Source: a candidate division BRC1 bacterium HGW-BRC1-1 (GTDB taxonomy: Bacteria; Sumerlaeota; Sumerlaeia; Sumerlaeales; Sumerlaeaceae). Taken from it: a stretch of 64,000 nucleotides of DNA. The stretch spans positions 3,814 to 67,813 of the forward strand of contig PHCB01000006.1 in assembly GCA_002842095.1 (NCBI GenBank), given 5' to 3'. The position numbers and the translations under genes are program-made. The notes under the pieces are model-generated. The model ran no database searches and was not told the DNA's origin. It saw only the letters and a program-made list of their open reading frames with translations. Shown here piece by piece: positions 10,291-21,004 of this stretch (the first letter of the stretch is position 1; every line of letters begins with the position of its first letter).

Positions 10291-10863
10291 CTATCTGGCA
10301 GTATAACCGATCACCAATCGTTGCGCCTTGGCCAGGGCGCGCCTTAACGGCGGGTCTAACGCGAGGTCAGCAGTTTCGTCCCAGGTGAACCAGCACATGC
10401 CCAGGTGCTCCTCGGGACGGTGGGCTATTACCGCGCCTGCGGGGGCGACCAGCAGGAATCGCAGATCCAGATGTCGATGCTCCGCCACTTCGCCGCGCGC
10501 GGGGATCACGTGCACGTCCACGTCCAGCGGGCGCGGTGCATCTGGATGCGCTTCCAGCCCGCTGATCCCCGTTTCCTCGTGGGCCTCGCGCATTGCCGCG
10601 GACAGCGCGTCCGCGTCGCCCGGTTCGCCGTGACCGCCCGGTTGAAGCCAGCGGTCCAGTTTGCGATGATGTCCCAGCGCCACACGCAACCCCGCGGCAT
10701 CCACCACGATGGCGCTGGCGGTCAGATGCCCCGCTGTTATTGCGCGATCAAAGGGCGCTGCGTGTGCGTCCACAAATGCGCGAATCTCAGCCAGGTCGGT
10801 CGCTTCCTGCGCGTCCTGGGGCTGATGTGCCGCCAACTGCGCTACCAGTTCCGACCCCATCAT
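10291..10863 (-). CDS. NUDIX hydrolase
   Basis: Nudix box GGHGEPGDADALSAAMREAHEETGI. ORF-track frame extends to 10953, but an ATGATG at 10863 overlaps the map stop (ATGA coupling). Confidence 0.7.
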   Translation of the reverse strand: MMGSELVAQLAAHQPQDAQEATDLAEIRAFVDAHAAPFDRAITAGHLTASAIVVDAAGLRVALGHHRKLDRWLQPGGHGEPGDADALSAAMREAHEETGISGLEAHPDAPRPLDVDVHVIPARGEVAEHRHLDLRFLLVAPAGAVIAHRPEEHLGMCWFTWDETADLALDPPLRRALAKAQRLVIGYTAR

Positions 10864-11618
10864 GCGGTCAGAATCACGGGGCCGTCCTCGGTGATGGCCA
10901 CGGTGTGCTCGAAATGCGCCGACACGCTCTTGTCGGCGGAGATCACCGTCCAACCGTCGGCCAGCGTTTTCGTCTTGCCGGTGCCAATGTTCACCATGGG
11001 TTCGATGGCGATGACGGTGCCCGCCTTCAGGCGCATTCCGGTGTCGGTCTTGCCGTAGTTTAACACTTGCGGCGCTTCGTGCATTTCGCGCCCGATACCG
11101 TGGCCGGTGTACTCGCGCACGATGCCGTATCCGTGGGGATCGATCGCCGCCTGAATGGCGGCCGACAGCGTGCCCAGACGCACATCCGGCTTCAGCACGG
11201 CGATGCCCGCATACAGCGATTCCTGTGTTACCTTGAGCAGTTGCGCAACCTCATCCGACACCTTGCCGATGGGGTAGGTCTTGGCGGAGTCGCTGCACCA
11301 ATCTTCGAGAAACAGTCCGCAGTCGATGCTCACCACGTCGCCCTCGGCCAGGTGACGCTTGCCGGGGAAACCGTGAACGATCTCCTCGTTCACCGAGGTG
11401 CAAAGCGTGGCGGGGAAACCATGGTAGCCGAGAAACGCGGGCTTGGCCCCTGCGTCGACAATCAGCTTGTGGGCGATACGGTCCAGTTCGCCGGTGGTCA
11501 CGCCGGGGGAAATGTGCTTTTCCAGTTCGTTGAAAACCGCCCGCAACAGCTTGCCCGATGCGCGCATCTTATCTATCTCGGCCGCGCTCTTTAACCAGAT
11601 GGTTCCGCTGGTTCCCAT
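10860..11618 (-). CDS. map: Methionine aminopeptidase type I
   Basis: …IWLKSAAEIDKMRASGKLL…, with metal-ligand regions GHGIGREMHE and EHT. ORF-track N-terminal extension (to 11771) looks non-coding. AGGAGA Shine-Dalgarno sequence 8 nt before ATG 11618. Confidence 0.8.
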   Translation of the reverse strand: MGTSGTIWLKSAAEIDKMRASGKLLRAVFNELEKHISPGVTTGELDRIAHKLIVDAGAKPAFLGYHGFPATLCTSVNEEIVHGFPGKRHLAEGDVVSIDCGLFLEDWCSDSAKTYPIGKVSDEVAQLLKVTQESLYAGIAVLKPDVRLGTLSAAIQAAIDPHGYGIVREYTGHGIGREMHEAPQVLNYGKTDTGMRLKAGTVIAIEPMVNIGTGKTKTLADGWTVISADKSVSAHFEHTVAITEDGPVILTA

Positions 11619-11789
11619 GGTTGCTGCTCTCCTGCTGTTACCTGAATGTCGGCGGCCGGCCCCACCCGGGGTCACGTCCGCCGATGATACCAGAAACGAA
11701 TCGGGCGACAGCACCCGGGGTTTTCGGCCCGGGGCGGTCGCCCGTCGGTTCACAACTTTGTTAGCCGGCAAAGCGGCCCGTGCTGTGCG

Positions 11790-13205
11790 TTAACGCCAGC
11801 GGGAGCCCGAGGAGCGCTTGAGCGCGAAGCCCTCGTAGTGGCGCATCAGCAACTGGCTTTCGATCTGTCGCAAGGTGTCGAGGAACACGCCCACCACAAT
11901 GATGAGGCCCGTTCCACCCACGAACGCCGCCGCCGCGTAAGGCATTCCATAACTCGTTTCCAGAATCAGCGGCAGCACCGCGATGGCGACGAGAAAGATG
12001 GCGCCCACGGTGGTGATACGCGTAAGGACGAAATCGATGTATTCGCTGGTGGGCTTGCCGGGGCGCTTGCCCGGGATGAAAGCCCCGCTCTTCTTCAGGT
12101 TGTTCGACACGTCATCGGGGTTAAACGATATTGCGGTGTAGAAGTAGCAGAAGAAGCCCGTGAAGAGTGCAAACATCACGTGGTGCATGTTGAAGCTCTT
12201 AAGGATGAGGAAGATGCCCTCGCTCTCCAGACCGGCCCAGCGTTGGAAAAACGCATACAGGTTGTAGGGAGAGTTGCCCGAGAAGAGATTGCCGATGAAA
12301 CCGCCCTGCGGATTACCCGCCGAGACATAACCGGCAATGAAGCTGGGGAAGCTGAGAATGGCCGAGGCAAAAATGACGGGGATAACACCTGCGGTGTTGA
12401 TCTTCAACGGCAGGTAATTCGTGCCGCCCGACATAACCCGTCGCCCCACAACGCGTTTGGCTTGTTGCATGGGGATGCGCCGGGTGCCCTCTTGAATGAG
12501 GATGATGGAGACCGTGGAGACGACGAACAGCACTGCCACGATGGGCAGCCAGATCCACTCGAGGCCGCCCTTGTTCATCTGATAAATCAGCGAGAAGACG
12601 TCTTGGGGATACTGCGCGAGAATACCGAAGGCGATGATCAGCGAGATACCGTTGCCGATCCCCTTCTCGGTGATCCGCTCGCCCAGCCACATGAGAAACG
12701 CCGTGCCCGTGGTCATGGCCATCATGGTTGTGAAGAGGAAAATGCCCGGATACTTACTGCCGTAAATGGACAACCCCTGCGAGAGTAGCACGGTGCCGAG
12801 GCCAAAGCCCTGAAACGCCGCCAGACCGATGGTGCCCATGCGGGTCCAACGGTTGATCTTGCGCTGCCCGAGGGCCCCCTCCTGCTGGATCTTCTGCAGG
12901 CGCGGGAACACGACGGTCATTAGCTGGAGGATAATGCTCATGCTGATGTAAGGCATGATTCCCAGAGCGAAAACGCTCATGTTGCGGAAGGCGAAACCAC
13001 TGAACAGGTCAACAACGGCGAACAAACCGCCGCCGGCACTGCGTTGGTTGTCGATGAACTCGGCCAGCTTGCCGGGATCGATAAACGGCGTGGGGACGTG
13101 AGCGCCCACACGGTACACACCCATTAACAGCAGGGTGTAAAGGACCTTCCGGCGCAGGTCGGGAATCTTCCAGATGTTCTTCAGCGCACTGACGCTCTTA
13201 ATCAC
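11790..13205 (-). CDS. secY: Preprotein translocase subunit SecY
   Basis: 471 aa, 10-TM, MIKSVSALKNIWKIPDLRRKVLYTLLLMGVYRVGAHVPTPFID. Confidence 0.95.
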   Translation of the reverse strand: MIKSVSALKNIWKIPDLRRKVLYTLLLMGVYRVGAHVPTPFIDPGKLAEFIDNQRSAGGGLFAVVDLFSGFAFRNMSVFALGIMPYISMSIILQLMTVVFPRLQKIQQEGALGQRKINRWTRMGTIGLAAFQGFGLGTVLLSQGLSIYGSKYPGIFLFTTMMAMTTGTAFLMWLGERITEKGIGNGISLIIAFGILAQYPQDVFSLIYQMNKGGLEWIWLPIVAVLFVVSTVSIILIQEGTRRIPMQQAKRVVGRRVMSGGTNYLPLKINTAGVIPVIFASAILSFPSFIAGYVSAGNPQGGFIGNLFSGNSPYNLYAFFQRWAGLESEGIFLILKSFNMHHVMFALFTGFFCYFYTAISFNPDDVSNNLKKSGAFIPGKRPGKPTSEYIDFVLTRITTVGAIFLVAIAVLPLILETSYGMPYAAAAFVGGTGLIIVVGVFLDTLRQIESQLLMRHYEGFALKRSSGSRWR

Positions 13206-13298
13206 GGTTCAGGATACCCTCGGAAAAGACTTGGTTCATTACGTAAAAACACGCCCGCTCACTCAGGAAGTGAAAGCGGGCGTGGTCAAGATGCTTTT

Positions 13299-13760
13299 CT
13301 ACTCTGCTTTGGCGCCAGGCGCCACAGCGGTGCCGCCCGCGTTCTCGATTTTTTCCTTGGCGGTACCCGAGAATGCATGGGCCTTTACCGTCAGCTTCTT
13401 GCTCAGGTCCCCGTTGCCGAGTACCTTCACACGCTTGGCGTTCATACGCACCAGACCGGCTTCCTTCAGTAACTCCATGGTTACGTCAGTGCCGTTGTCG
13501 AAAACTTCGAGAGAGGCAACGTTCACCACTTCGAATTCCTTGCGGAAAATGTTAACGAATCCGACCTTGGGCAAACGACGCTGCAAAGGCATCTGTCCGC
13601 CTTCGAAGCCGCCGCCGTAACCCTTGCCGCGTCCGCTGCGCGCTTGAGAACCTTTGTGGCCGTAGCCGGACGTCTTGCCATGTCCACTCGACTCGCCACG
13701 GCCCACACGCTTGCGCTTCTGCATGCGACCGGGATCTTTGCCCAACTCGTGAATCTTCAT
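13299..13760 (-). CDS. rplO: 50S ribosomal protein L15
   Basis: [11 protein letters not shown]…[22 protein letters not shown]; start chosen at MKIHEL (ORF-track extension overlaps rpmD). Confidence 0.9.
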   Translation of the reverse strand: MKIHELGKDPGRMQKRKRVGRGESSGHGKTSGYGHKGSQARSGRGKGYGGGFEGGQMPLQRRLPKVGFVNIFRKEFEVVNVASLEVFDNGTDVTMELLKEAGLVRMNAKRVKVLGNGDLSKKLTVKAHAFSGTAKEKIENAGGTAVAPGAKAE

Positions 13761-13764
13761 CTCG

Positions 13765-14004
13765 TTAGTCCAACCCGTTAGTTTCGGTGTTCTTCGTCTG
13801 GTTCTTGGTAGCTTGCTGCTGATTCTCTTTTTCAACCTTGATCAGATAACCAACCTGCTTCAACATGCCGGCAAGCTGGGGCGTCATGACATGCACGCGG
13901 GTCTGATTGAGGCGTGTGAAACCCAACGCCTTCAGGGTCCGGCGATGTCCGCCAAGGCGGTTGATGCCGCTTTTGATCCAGGTAACTTTGACTGTCTCAG
14001 CCAT
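13765..14004 (-). CDS. rpmD: 50S ribosomal protein L30
   Basis: [39 protein letters not shown]. Confidence 0.9.
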   Translation of the reverse strand: MAETVKVTWIKSGINRLGGHRRTLKALGFTRLNQTRVHVMTPQLAGMLKQVGYLIKVEKENQQQATKNQTKNTETNGLD

Positions 14005-14009
14005 CGTAG

Positions 14010-14735
14010 TTACTCCTTACCTTCAGCGTCAAACGCGGAAGTATCATAGTTCATCGGCTCTTCGGAGTCAGAAGCCTCGCTCGCGCCGCCGGATGAAACC
14101 GGGGAGCGACCCAGGACCTGCTCTACCGTCTTGCCGCGGAGGCGGGCGATGCGCTGGGGATCGAACAAGCCACCCAAGCCACTCACCGTTGCCTTTACCA
14201 CGTTAATTTTGTTATTCGTCCCGATGACCTTGGTCAGAATGTCCTGGACGCCGGCCATCTTGAGAACCGAACGCACCGCGGGACCCGCGATGAGACCGGT
14301 ACCTTCAGAAGCCGGACGAAGCATCACGCGCGCTGCACCGAACTCGCCGATGGTCGCGTGAGTGATCGTGCGCCCATGCATGGGCACCTTTACCAGATTC
14401 TTCTTGCCGTCTTCGGCTGCCTTGGAAATGGCCTCGGGAACCTCGTTGGCTTTACCAAAACCCACACCCACGTGGCCTTCGCCGTCGCCGACGACAACCA
14501 ACGCTGCAAAGCTGAAGCGACGTCCGCCCTTCACCACTTTCGCGGTGCGGTTCAGACTCACCAGCTCTTCCTTTAGGTTCAGGCTCTTGGGATCAATGCG
14601 CTCTTCAAGAGCGGCCCACGTCCGGTAGGACGAATCCTGCTGGACCTGCTGCTGCTCAACCGGCTGTTGCTCGGTTTCGTCAGCGATGGGCGCCTCGGCC
14701 GTCGTGTTCTCCGGTGTATCCTGATTGGTGCTCAA
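14010..14735 (-). CDS. rpsE: 30S ribosomal protein S5 (with N- and C-terminal low-complexity extensions)
   Basis: Core [41 protein letters not shown]. Confidence 0.9.
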   Translation of the reverse strand: MSTNQDTPENTTAEAPIADETEQQPVEQQQVQQDSSYRTWAALEERIDPKSLNLKEELVSLNRTAKVVKGGRRFSFAALVVVGDGEGHVGVGFGKANEVPEAISKAAEDGKKNLVKVPMHGRTITHATIGEFGAARVMLRPASEGTGLIAGPAVRSVLKMAGVQDILTKVIGTNNKINVVKATVSGLGGLFDPQRIARLRGKTVEQVLGRSPVSSGGASEASDSEEPMNYDTSAFDAEGKE

Positions 14736-14801
14736 TGTCTCGCCTCGTTTTTCTCAGTCAAATCGTTGTCACCCTTAGCTGGTGACGGGGCAGGGCTTAC
14801 C

Positions 14802-15176
14802 TCAGAACTTCAAGCCGCCCTCGCGGGCAGCCTCGGCAAGCGCCTTCACTACACCGTGATAAGGTAATCCGTTGCGGTCGAAAACAACCGTCTCGATGCC
14901 GGCTTCCTTGGCCTTTGCAGCCACCTCGGCTCCCAACACCTTCGCGTGAACAATGTTCGCAAAACTCTTCTTATCGTCGGTCTTAATCGCCTTGCGATTC
15001 GTCGTTACCGAGACAAGCGTATGGCCCGTGGCGTCATCCACCACCTGCGCATACAAATGCTTCAGGCTCTTGTAAACCGTCAAACGGGGACGAGCCTCCG
15101 TGCCGGTGACCCGCTTGCGGATCCGCATCCGGCGACGATTAAGCCGCACTGTCTTTTGACTTGATACCGTTTTCAT
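14802..15176 (-). CDS. rplR: 50S ribosomal protein L18
   Basis: RLNRRRMRIRKRVTGTEARPRLTVYKSLKHLYAQVVDD. Confidence 0.9.
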   Translation of the reverse strand: MKTVSSQKTVRLNRRRMRIRKRVTGTEARPRLTVYKSLKHLYAQVVDDATGHTLVSVTTNRKAIKTDDKKSFANIVHAKVLGAEVAAKAKEAGIETVVFDRNGLPYHGVVKALAEAAREGGLKF

Positions 15177-15294
15177 GTCATTCCTCTCTCATCTCCACCG
15201 CCTATAGGTGGAGAAACCTGTTGCCCTGTCAAAAACCTCGCGAAAGCCGACCCGGGCGCAAACCGCCCGAACCACGGCCATGAGGCTCTCAGCC

Positions 15295-15834
15295 TTACTT
15301 GCCAGCCTTCTTGCCCACTTTGCGGCGGACCGTCTCCGTGGTATACCGTACGCCCTTGCCCTTGTAAGGCTCCGGCGGACGCTTCTCACGAATCTCGGCT
15401 GCAACCTGGCCAACCTTCTGCTTGTCGTAGCCACTGATGATGACCGACGTCGGCTTGGGGACTGAAATCGTCACGCCCTCGGGCGCATCATAAAACACCG
15501 GGTGCGAATAGCCAAGCTGCATGGTGAGCTTGTTGCCTTCCATGGACGCGCGATAACCAACGCCCTGGATCTCCAACTCTTTGGAGAAGCCGTCCGTCAC
15601 ACCGATGACCATGTTGCGAACAAGCCGCTGCGCCAAACCGTGAAACGCGCGCGCCTGCTTGTCGTCGCCGTTGCGCTTTACGTGCACCGCGCCGTCCTCG
15701 ATTTCCATCGAGGTACGCTGCGGGATGACCATCGCCAGACGCCCCTTGGGCCCCTTGACGCTGATCTCATTCTTATCAATTTTTACGTCGACCCCCGCAG
15801 GGATGACTACCGGTACCTTACCAATGCGACTCAT
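15295..15834 (-). CDS. rplF: 50S ribosomal protein L6
   Basis: MSRIGKVPVVIPAGVDVKIDKNEISVKGPKG; ORF-track start is 6 codons upstream at 15852. Confidence 0.9.
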   Translation of the reverse strand: MSRIGKVPVVIPAGVDVKIDKNEISVKGPKGRLAMVIPQRTSMEIEDGAVHVKRNGDDKQARAFHGLAQRLVRNMVIGVTDGFSKELEIQGVGYRASMEGNKLTMQLGYSHPVFYDAPEGVTISVPKPTSVIISGYDKQKVGQVAAEIREKRPPEPYKGKGVRYTTETVRRKVGKKAGK

Positions 15835-15992
15835 GAGTTCCTGACTTTTCACTCCGGACTTTTGCTTTTATGAAACCTGCCTGACATCGGACACCCTAAA
15901 ACTTCGCTGGCGTCCGCCGGCGGACCCGGTCTGGCGGAGAACCCCTTTTCAGCAGGGGAACTCCCACACAAACCTGAATCTTACCAGCCGTC

Positions 15993-16394
15993 CTACCAAA
16001 CTGTGCAGAGCACCTCGCCACCCACATTACGTTGGCGACAATCGCGCGCCGTGAGAATACCGCGGCTCGTGCTCACAATTGTAATTCCCATGCCGGCCAG
16101 CGTCAGCGGAATCTCCGCTGCACCTGCGTAGCGACGGATGCCGGGCTTCGACACACGTTGCAGACCGTGGATGACACGCTCCTGGTTGGCACCGTACTTC
16201 AGAAAAATACGGATGGGCGGCTTCTTCTTGCCCTTGTTGCTCCAGTAGCAAGCCTTGATGTAACCTTCATCGCGCAGAATCTTGGCGATTTCCCACCGAA
16301 TCTTCGAGTAGGGAACTTCAACCTCTTCTTTGCGGGCGGTGTTTGCGTTGCGGATGCGCGTAAGCATATCGGCAATCGGATCAGTAACTAGCAT
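15993..16394 (-). CDS. rpsH: 30S ribosomal protein S8
   Basis: MLVTDPIADMLTRIRNANTARKEEVEVPYSKI. Confidence 0.92.
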   Translation of the reverse strand: MLVTDPIADMLTRIRNANTARKEEVEVPYSKIRWEIAKILRDEGYIKACYWSNKGKKKPPIRIFLKYGANQERVIHGLQRVSKPGIRRYAGAAEIPLTLAGMGITIVSTSRGILTARDCRQRNVGGEVLCTVW

Positions 16395-16412
16395 TTATCT
16401 TCCTCGCGCCTC

Positions 16413-16598
16413 CTACCATGAACTTTTCGTCACGCCAGGGATTTGTCCCTTGCTGGCCAGGTTACGGAAACAAATACGGCACATTCTGAAGTCGCGCAGA
16501 AACGCCCGCGAACGGCCGCACAGCGGACAACGATTCTGTTTGCGCGACGAGAACTTCGGCTTGATGCGCGCCTTGTATTCTTTTGCTGCCGTGGACAT
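16413..16598 (-). CDS. rpsZ: 30S ribosomal protein S14 type Z (zinc-binding)
   Basis: 61 aa with [22 protein letters not shown]. Confidence 0.9.
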   Translation of the reverse strand: MSTAAKEYKARIKPKFSSRKQNRCPLCGRSRAFLRDFRMCRICFRNLASKGQIPGVTKSSW

Positions 16599-16613
16599 TT
16601 AAGGTCTATCTCC

Positions 16614-17276
16614 CTATTTCTCACGGAAGGGGAAACCGAGAAGCTTCATCAGCTCCAGCGCTTCCTCGTCCGTCTTGGCCGTGGTTACAGTTGTTATGTT
16701 CATACCCAACGTGGTGCCGATCTTGTTAAAGTCCAGCTCCATGAAAATCACATGCTCGCGGATACCGATGCTGTGGTTGCCGCGTCCGTCAAAACTCTTC
16801 ATGGGGAAACCGCGAAAATCGCGGATACGCGGGATCGCGATGCGAATCAGACGCTCAAGGAACTCGTACATGCGCAGACCGCGCATGGTGACGAACGCTC
16901 CCACTTGCATGCCTTCGCGGAGCTTGAACGCGCTGATGCTTTTGCGGGCCTTCGTCACACGGGCCTTCTGCCCGGTAATGATGGCCAGATCGCGCGCCGC
17001 TCCTTCGAGAATCTTTATGTCGCGAGTCGCTTCACCCAAACCCATGTTCACCACCACCTTAACCAGGCGGGGCACTTCGTTTATGTTCTTATATCCAAAG
17101 CGCTTCATCATCGCGGGAACAACTTCCTCGCGGTACTTGCGCTTGAAACCCGGTTCGTAATCGCGCAATTCTGCGATCTCCTCGGGCGAAAGGGTTACAA
17201 CGGCTCCCGCCGACGCGTCGTCGACTTGTTTGTCGCCGCCCTTTCCCTTCTTCTTGTCTGCCTTGGCCTCTGCCAT
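16614..17276 (-). CDS. rplE: 50S ribosomal protein L5 (with an approximately 40-aa Lys-rich N-terminal extension)
   Basis: [44 protein letters not shown]. Confidence 0.88.
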   Translation of the reverse strand: MAEAKADKKKGKGGDKQVDDASAGAVVTLSPEEIAELRDYEPGFKRKYREEVVPAMMKRFGYKNINEVPRLVKVVVNMGLGEATRDIKILEGAARDLAIITGQKARVTKARKSISAFKLREGMQVGAFVTMRGLRMYEFLERLIRIAIPRIRDFRGFPMKSFDGRGNHSIGIREHVIFMELDFNKIGTTLGMNITTVTTAKTDEEALELMKLLGFPFREK

Positions 17277-17381
17277 CTTCTGTCTCGCTATCCTTCCTTT
17301 GTCGGACGACGGCCTTGTGCGTCGCCACTCTTAAACCCTACGACTCTCAGTGCCCGGCGGTTGCCGGCCAACGCTTTCGCG

Positions 17382-17696
17382 TCAGATCACCGTGCCGCAC
17401 TTCTTACAAACCCGCGTCTTGCGACCCTCGGCATCCGTGTTCGTGGAAAACCGAACACCGCGCTTGCACTTGTCGCAAACCAACATCAGGTTAGAGACGT
17501 GAATCGGTGCCTCTTTCTCGATGATGCCACCGGGCTGACCCTGTCCCTTGGCCCGCGTGTGGCGCTTGACCATGTTAACATGTTCAACCACCGCCCGGCT
17601 CTTGGACGGAATCACAAACAAAACCTTGGACGTGGTGCCGCGATTCTTGCCCGCGATCACAACCACTTTATCATTTTTCTTAATTCTCAGCGACAT
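17382..17696 (-). CDS. rplX: 50S ribosomal protein L24
   Basis: MSLRIKKNDKVVVIAGKNRGTTSKV (KOW motif). Confidence 0.9.
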   Translation of the reverse strand: MSLRIKKNDKVVVIAGKNRGTTSKVLFVIPSKSRAVVEHVNMVKRHTRAKGQGQPGGIIEKEAPIHVSNLMLVCDKCKRGVRFSTNTDAEGRKTRVCKKCGTVI

Positions 17697-17712
17697 GACT
17701 ATTAACGGCTCC

Positions 17713-18081
17713 TCAGATCACTTCTGGCGCAAGTGAGATGATCTTCATGAAATTCTTCTTGCGCAGCTCGCGACCCACGGCACCGAAGATGCGTGTGCCC
17801 ACCGGGTCGCCCTGGGGGTTGATGATCACGGCGGCGTTGTCGTCGAACTTCACATACGACCCATCGTCGCGACCGATTTCTTTCGCAGTGCGCACGATGA
17901 CAGCCTTCACCACGGTGCCCTTTTTCACGGTCGCCTCGGGCGAAGCCTCACGCACGCTGCCCACGATGATATCACCGATACGCGCATAGCGACGGCGAGA
18001 ACCACCCAGAACCTTGAAGCATCTGATCTTCTTCGCGCCGGTGTTGTCGGCGACTTCCAGCATCGTATATTCTTGAATCAT
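17713..18081 (-). CDS. rplN: 50S ribosomal protein L14
   Basis: [27 protein letters not shown]; ORF-track N-terminal extension discarded. Confidence 0.9.
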   Translation of the reverse strand: MIQEYTMLEVADNTGAKKIRCFKVLGGSRRRYARIGDIIVGSVREASPEATVKKGTVVKAVIVRTAKEIGRDDGSYVKFDDNAAVIINPQGDPVGTRIFGAVGRELRKKNFMKIISLAPEVI

Positions 18082-18186
18082 CTTATTTACCTGCCCGTCA
18101 CAAGTTACCGTGCGCTCTCTGGCCATTGATCCGGCAAAGCCCACTCGGCACCTACGCGCCCGGGTTATCTGTCCCTTTGGTTGGTC

Positions 18187-18480
18187 CTACTTGGCTCTGG
18201 TCAAAACTTCTTTCACGCGCCAGCACTTGGTCTTGCTCAGCGGACGCGTTTCAACGATGCGAACCGTATCGCCCTCGTGGGCGTCGTTCGTCTCGTCATG
18301 CGCAACCATCTTGGAGGTGCGCTTGATATACTTCTTGTAAAGCGGATGCTTGACCAGACGTTCCACGGCCACAACGACCGATTTGTCCATCTTGCCACTC
18401 ACCACCTTGCCCACGCGTTCCTTGCGGTCTCCGCGTTTGGCTGCGCCTTCGGCGCCTTCGATTTCAGAATTCTCTGCCAT
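18187..18480 (-). CDS. rpsQ: 30S ribosomal protein S17
   Basis: [38 protein letters not shown]. Confidence 0.9.
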   Translation of the reverse strand: MAENSEIEGAEGAAKRGDRKERVGKVVSGKMDKSVVVAVERLVKHPLYKKYIKRTSKMVAHDETNDAHEGDTVRIVETRPLSKTKCWRVKEVLTRAK

Positions 18481-18497
18481 GTGTGGTCGTCTCCGCC

Positions 18498-18722
18498 TTA
18501 GTTACCGCTGCCGGTGGCCGCTGCGCGCTCGCGCTCGCTGATGGCCTGCTTAAGCCGGGCAATACCGCGCTTCGTGCGCGGAATCTCCGACGTGTTCTCA
18601 AGTTCCTTGGTCGTGGTCTTAACGCGCAAGTGATAGAGAGCCTTTACGCTCTCATCCAGCTTCTCGCGAAGCTCTTCCACGGTCAAACCCTGCATGTCTT
18701 TGCTCTTAATCACGTGAATCAA
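18498..18722 (-). CDS. rpmC: 50S ribosomal protein L29
   Basis: [26 protein letters not shown]. Start overlaps the rplP stop (ATGA); an alternative start MQGL lies at 18695. Confidence 0.85.
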   Translation of the reverse strand: MIHVIKSKDMQGLTVEELREKLDESVKALYHLRVKTTTKELENTSEIPRTKRGIARLKQAISERERAAATGSGN

Positions 18723-19132
18723 CCTTCCTGCCGCTGAATGTAACGGGTCTTCAGCGCCAACTTGTGCGCTGCGAGGGTCATCGCCTGACGAGCCACGTCG
18801 TCGGCCACGCCTTCCAACTCGAACATGACACGGCCGGGCTTAACCACGGCGACCCAATACTCCGGGTTACCCTTGCCCTTGCCCATGCGTGTTTCTGCGG
18901 GCTTCTGCGTAATGGGCTTGTCGGGGAAGATGTTAATCCACAACTTGCCGCCACGCTTCACGTGACGCTGAATGGCCACACGGGCTGCTTCAATCTGGCG
19001 GCTTGTGACCCAGCCGGCTTCAAGAGCCTGCAGGCCAAAGCTGCCAAACGAAAGGTCACTGCCCCGATATGCCAGGCCGCGCCTCTTGCCTTTTTGCACC
19101 TTCCGGTGCTTAACTCGCTTAGGAACTAACAT
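18719..19132 (-). CDS. rplP: 50S ribosomal protein L16
   Basis: [19 protein letters not shown]…[20 protein letters not shown]. Confidence 0.92.
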   Translation of the reverse strand: MLVPKRVKHRKVQKGKRRGLAYRGSDLSFGSFGLQALEAGWVTSRQIEAARVAIQRHVKRGGKLWINIFPDKPITQKPAETRMGKGKGNPEYWVAVVKPGRVMFELEGVADDVARQAMTLAAHKLALKTRYIQRQEG

Positions 19133-19260
19133 GGTTCAATCCAGTTATCCGTCTCAAAATAACCCGCGCAGGGCCTGCTCTCCGTTGCCGGGGAGCGTCA
19201 TGCGCGAGCTTTAAAAAATTTGTCCATCTCAAAAAACCAGAGCCTTGCGGCCCTTTTCAC

Positions 19261-19560
19261 TTACCTGTTGACTCCAAAAACCAGCGGCTTGCTGGCCGCC
19301 ACACTTTTGGGCATGCGCATCACCAGAACAGCGATCAAACCAAAATCCACCGTGCCGTTGCGTGCATGATACTCAATCTGCTCCACCTCGATATTGGCCA
19401 GAACTTCGTCCTGGTTGCCATCGAGATACTCGTTGATCTTCTCCTCGAGCGACATCTCGTCACCCGCCATGAGGATCCGAACCCTCGCCGTCTCGTCCGC
19501 TCCGATGAGCATTGCCATCCCATCTACCTCCGATCGGAATAAAACCGCGTTGTGTGCCAT
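19261..19560 (-). CDS. Hypothetical 99-aa acidic protein inserted between rpsC and rplP
   Basis: Intact same-strand ORF with coding-like composition (MAHNAVLFRSEVDGMAMLIGADETARVRILMAGDEMSLEEKINEYLDGNQDEV…) filling a 475-nt gap that is normally 10–20 nt. No recognised motif. Confidence 0.45.
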   Translation of the reverse strand: MAHNAVLFRSEVDGMAMLIGADETARVRILMAGDEMSLEEKINEYLDGNQDEVLANIEVEQIEYHARNGTVDFGLIAVLVMRMPKSVAASKPLVFGVNR

Positions 19561-19606
19561 CTGCCGCCTACCGCCGGCTTAACTTAAAAGTCTCTCGAAT
19601 CGTACC

Positions 19607-20293
19607 TTACGCCGTTGGCGTAGGCGTGGGCTCGGGAGCCTTTACCTTCGGAGCCGCCGTGGGTGCCTCGAAAACCTCACCCAGGAAGATCCAAACCTTG
19701 ATGCCGATGAGACCATACTTGGTCTTTGCTTCGGTCGTGCCGTAGTCGATGTTCGCACGAATCGTATGCAACGGCACGCGACCCTCACGATACCATTCCG
19801 AGCGAGCCATCTCGGCACCGGCCAGGCGGCCGCCGCATTTGATCTTGATGCCCAGAGCACCCGCCTTAACGGTGGCAAGCACGGTCTTCTTCATCGCACG
19901 ACGGAAACCGATGCGTCGCAGCAACTGGTTGGCCACGTTCTCGGCCACCAACTGAGCAGAAAGTTCCGCACGCTTGATCTCTTCTATATTGATGTTGATC
20001 TGGCGCTGGGTGCGAGCCTCAAGGACCTTCTTAAAGCCCTCGATCTCTGAACCCTTGCGTCCGATGATGATGCCCGGACGGGCCGTGTGGATGGTAATCT
20101 TTGCGCGGTTCGACGCGCGCTCAATGTCCACCCGGGCGATGCCCGCGTGCTTGAACCGATCTTTAACCATCTGGCGAATGACGAGGTCTTCGTGCAGCAG
20201 GTCACAATAAGCCTGACCCGTTGCAAACCAACGGCTTTCCCAAGTCTTCGTCGTCCCAAGGCGGAACGCTACTGGATGTATTTTTTGACCCAT
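19607..20293 (-). CDS. rpsC: 30S ribosomal protein S3
   Basis: [24 protein letters not shown]; KH domain; C-terminal Pro/Thr/Ala tail. Confidence 0.92.
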   Translation of the reverse strand: MGQKIHPVAFRLGTTKTWESRWFATGQAYCDLLHEDLVIRQMVKDRFKHAGIARVDIERASNRAKITIHTARPGIIIGRKGSEIEGFKKVLEARTQRQININIEEIKRAELSAQLVAENVANQLLRRIGFRRAMKKTVLATVKAGALGIKIKCGGRLAGAEMARSEWYREGRVPLHTIRANIDYGTTEAKTKYGLIGIKVWIFLGEVFEAPTAAPKVKAPEPTPTPTA

Positions 20294-20308
20294 CGGGTTG
20301 TTCAGTCC

Positions 20309-20677
20309 TTATGCAAAGTTCAGGCGAATTGTTATGTGACACTTACGCTTGCGGATCTTGACGCCACGCCCCTGCGGGGCCGGACGCGTGCGATACTGAA
20401 TCGGTGCATTGTCGACGAAAATGTCTCGTATTACCAGATCATTCACGTCCGACACATTTTTACGCTCGGCGTTTGCTTTGGCGCTCTTCAGCACCGCGAG
20501 AACTTCCGGAGCGGCACTCGGCTTGTAAGTCATCTGCAAGAGCATCAGGGCTTCGCCCACGCGCTTGCCGCGGATCAAATCAACAACATAACGCGCCTTA
20601 CGCGCCGACATATGGCCGAAACGAAGCTTAGCCTCGCTCACCGCGTCGTACTTCTTCACTGTTTTCGGTTTGCTCAT
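20309..20677 (-). CDS. rplV: 50S ribosomal protein L22
   Basis: AKLRFGHMSARKARYVVDLIRGKRVGEALMLLQ. Confidence 0.9.
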   Translation of the reverse strand: MSKPKTVKKYDAVSEAKLRFGHMSARKARYVVDLIRGKRVGEALMLLQMTYKPSAAPEVLAVLKSAKANAERKNVSDVNDLVIRDIFVDNAPIQYRTRPAPQGRGVKIRKRKCHITIRLNFA

Positions 20678-20716
20678 GGTCTCAAGAAATTCCTGTCCAA
20701 GCCTTTCGCCTGTGCC

Positions 20717-21001
20717 TTATTTCACACCGGCGGATTTGGCGGTTTTGCCGCCGTGCGTACGGAAAAGCCGAGTCGGGGCAAATTCGCCCAGCTTGTGGCC
20801 AACCATATTTTCGTTGATGAAAACCGGCAGAAACTGCTTGCCGTTGTGAATGGCGATCGTAAGACCGACCATCTCCGGGGTCACAACCGAGGAACGACTC
20901 CACGTCTTGAGCACCCGTTTGTCACCACTGCTCTGCGCCTGGGCCACACGGGCCACCAGACGTTCTTCAAGGTATGGACCCTTGGTTACGCTACGTGGCA
21001 T
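20717..21001 (-). CDS. rpsS: 30S ribosomal protein S19
   Basis: [16 protein letters not shown]…[22 protein letters not shown]. Confidence 0.92.
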   Translation of the reverse strand: MPRSVTKGPYLEERLVARVAQAQSSGDKRVLKTWSRSSVVTPEMVGLTIAIHNGKQFLPVFINENMVGHKLGEFAPTRLFRTHGGKTAKSAGVK

Positions 21002-21004
21002 CTC

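Noticed and set aside
10863-11771. ORF-track N-terminal extensions, for example map to 11771, NUDIX to 10953, rplN to 18144, rpsJ to 23932, rplO to 13835, ilvB to 37906 and the FGE-CARDB gene from 28686
   Set aside because: The extensions have low-complexity, non-conserved translations and overlap upstream genes or repeats. Conserved family N-termini with Shine-Dalgarno-like sequences lie at internal start codons.
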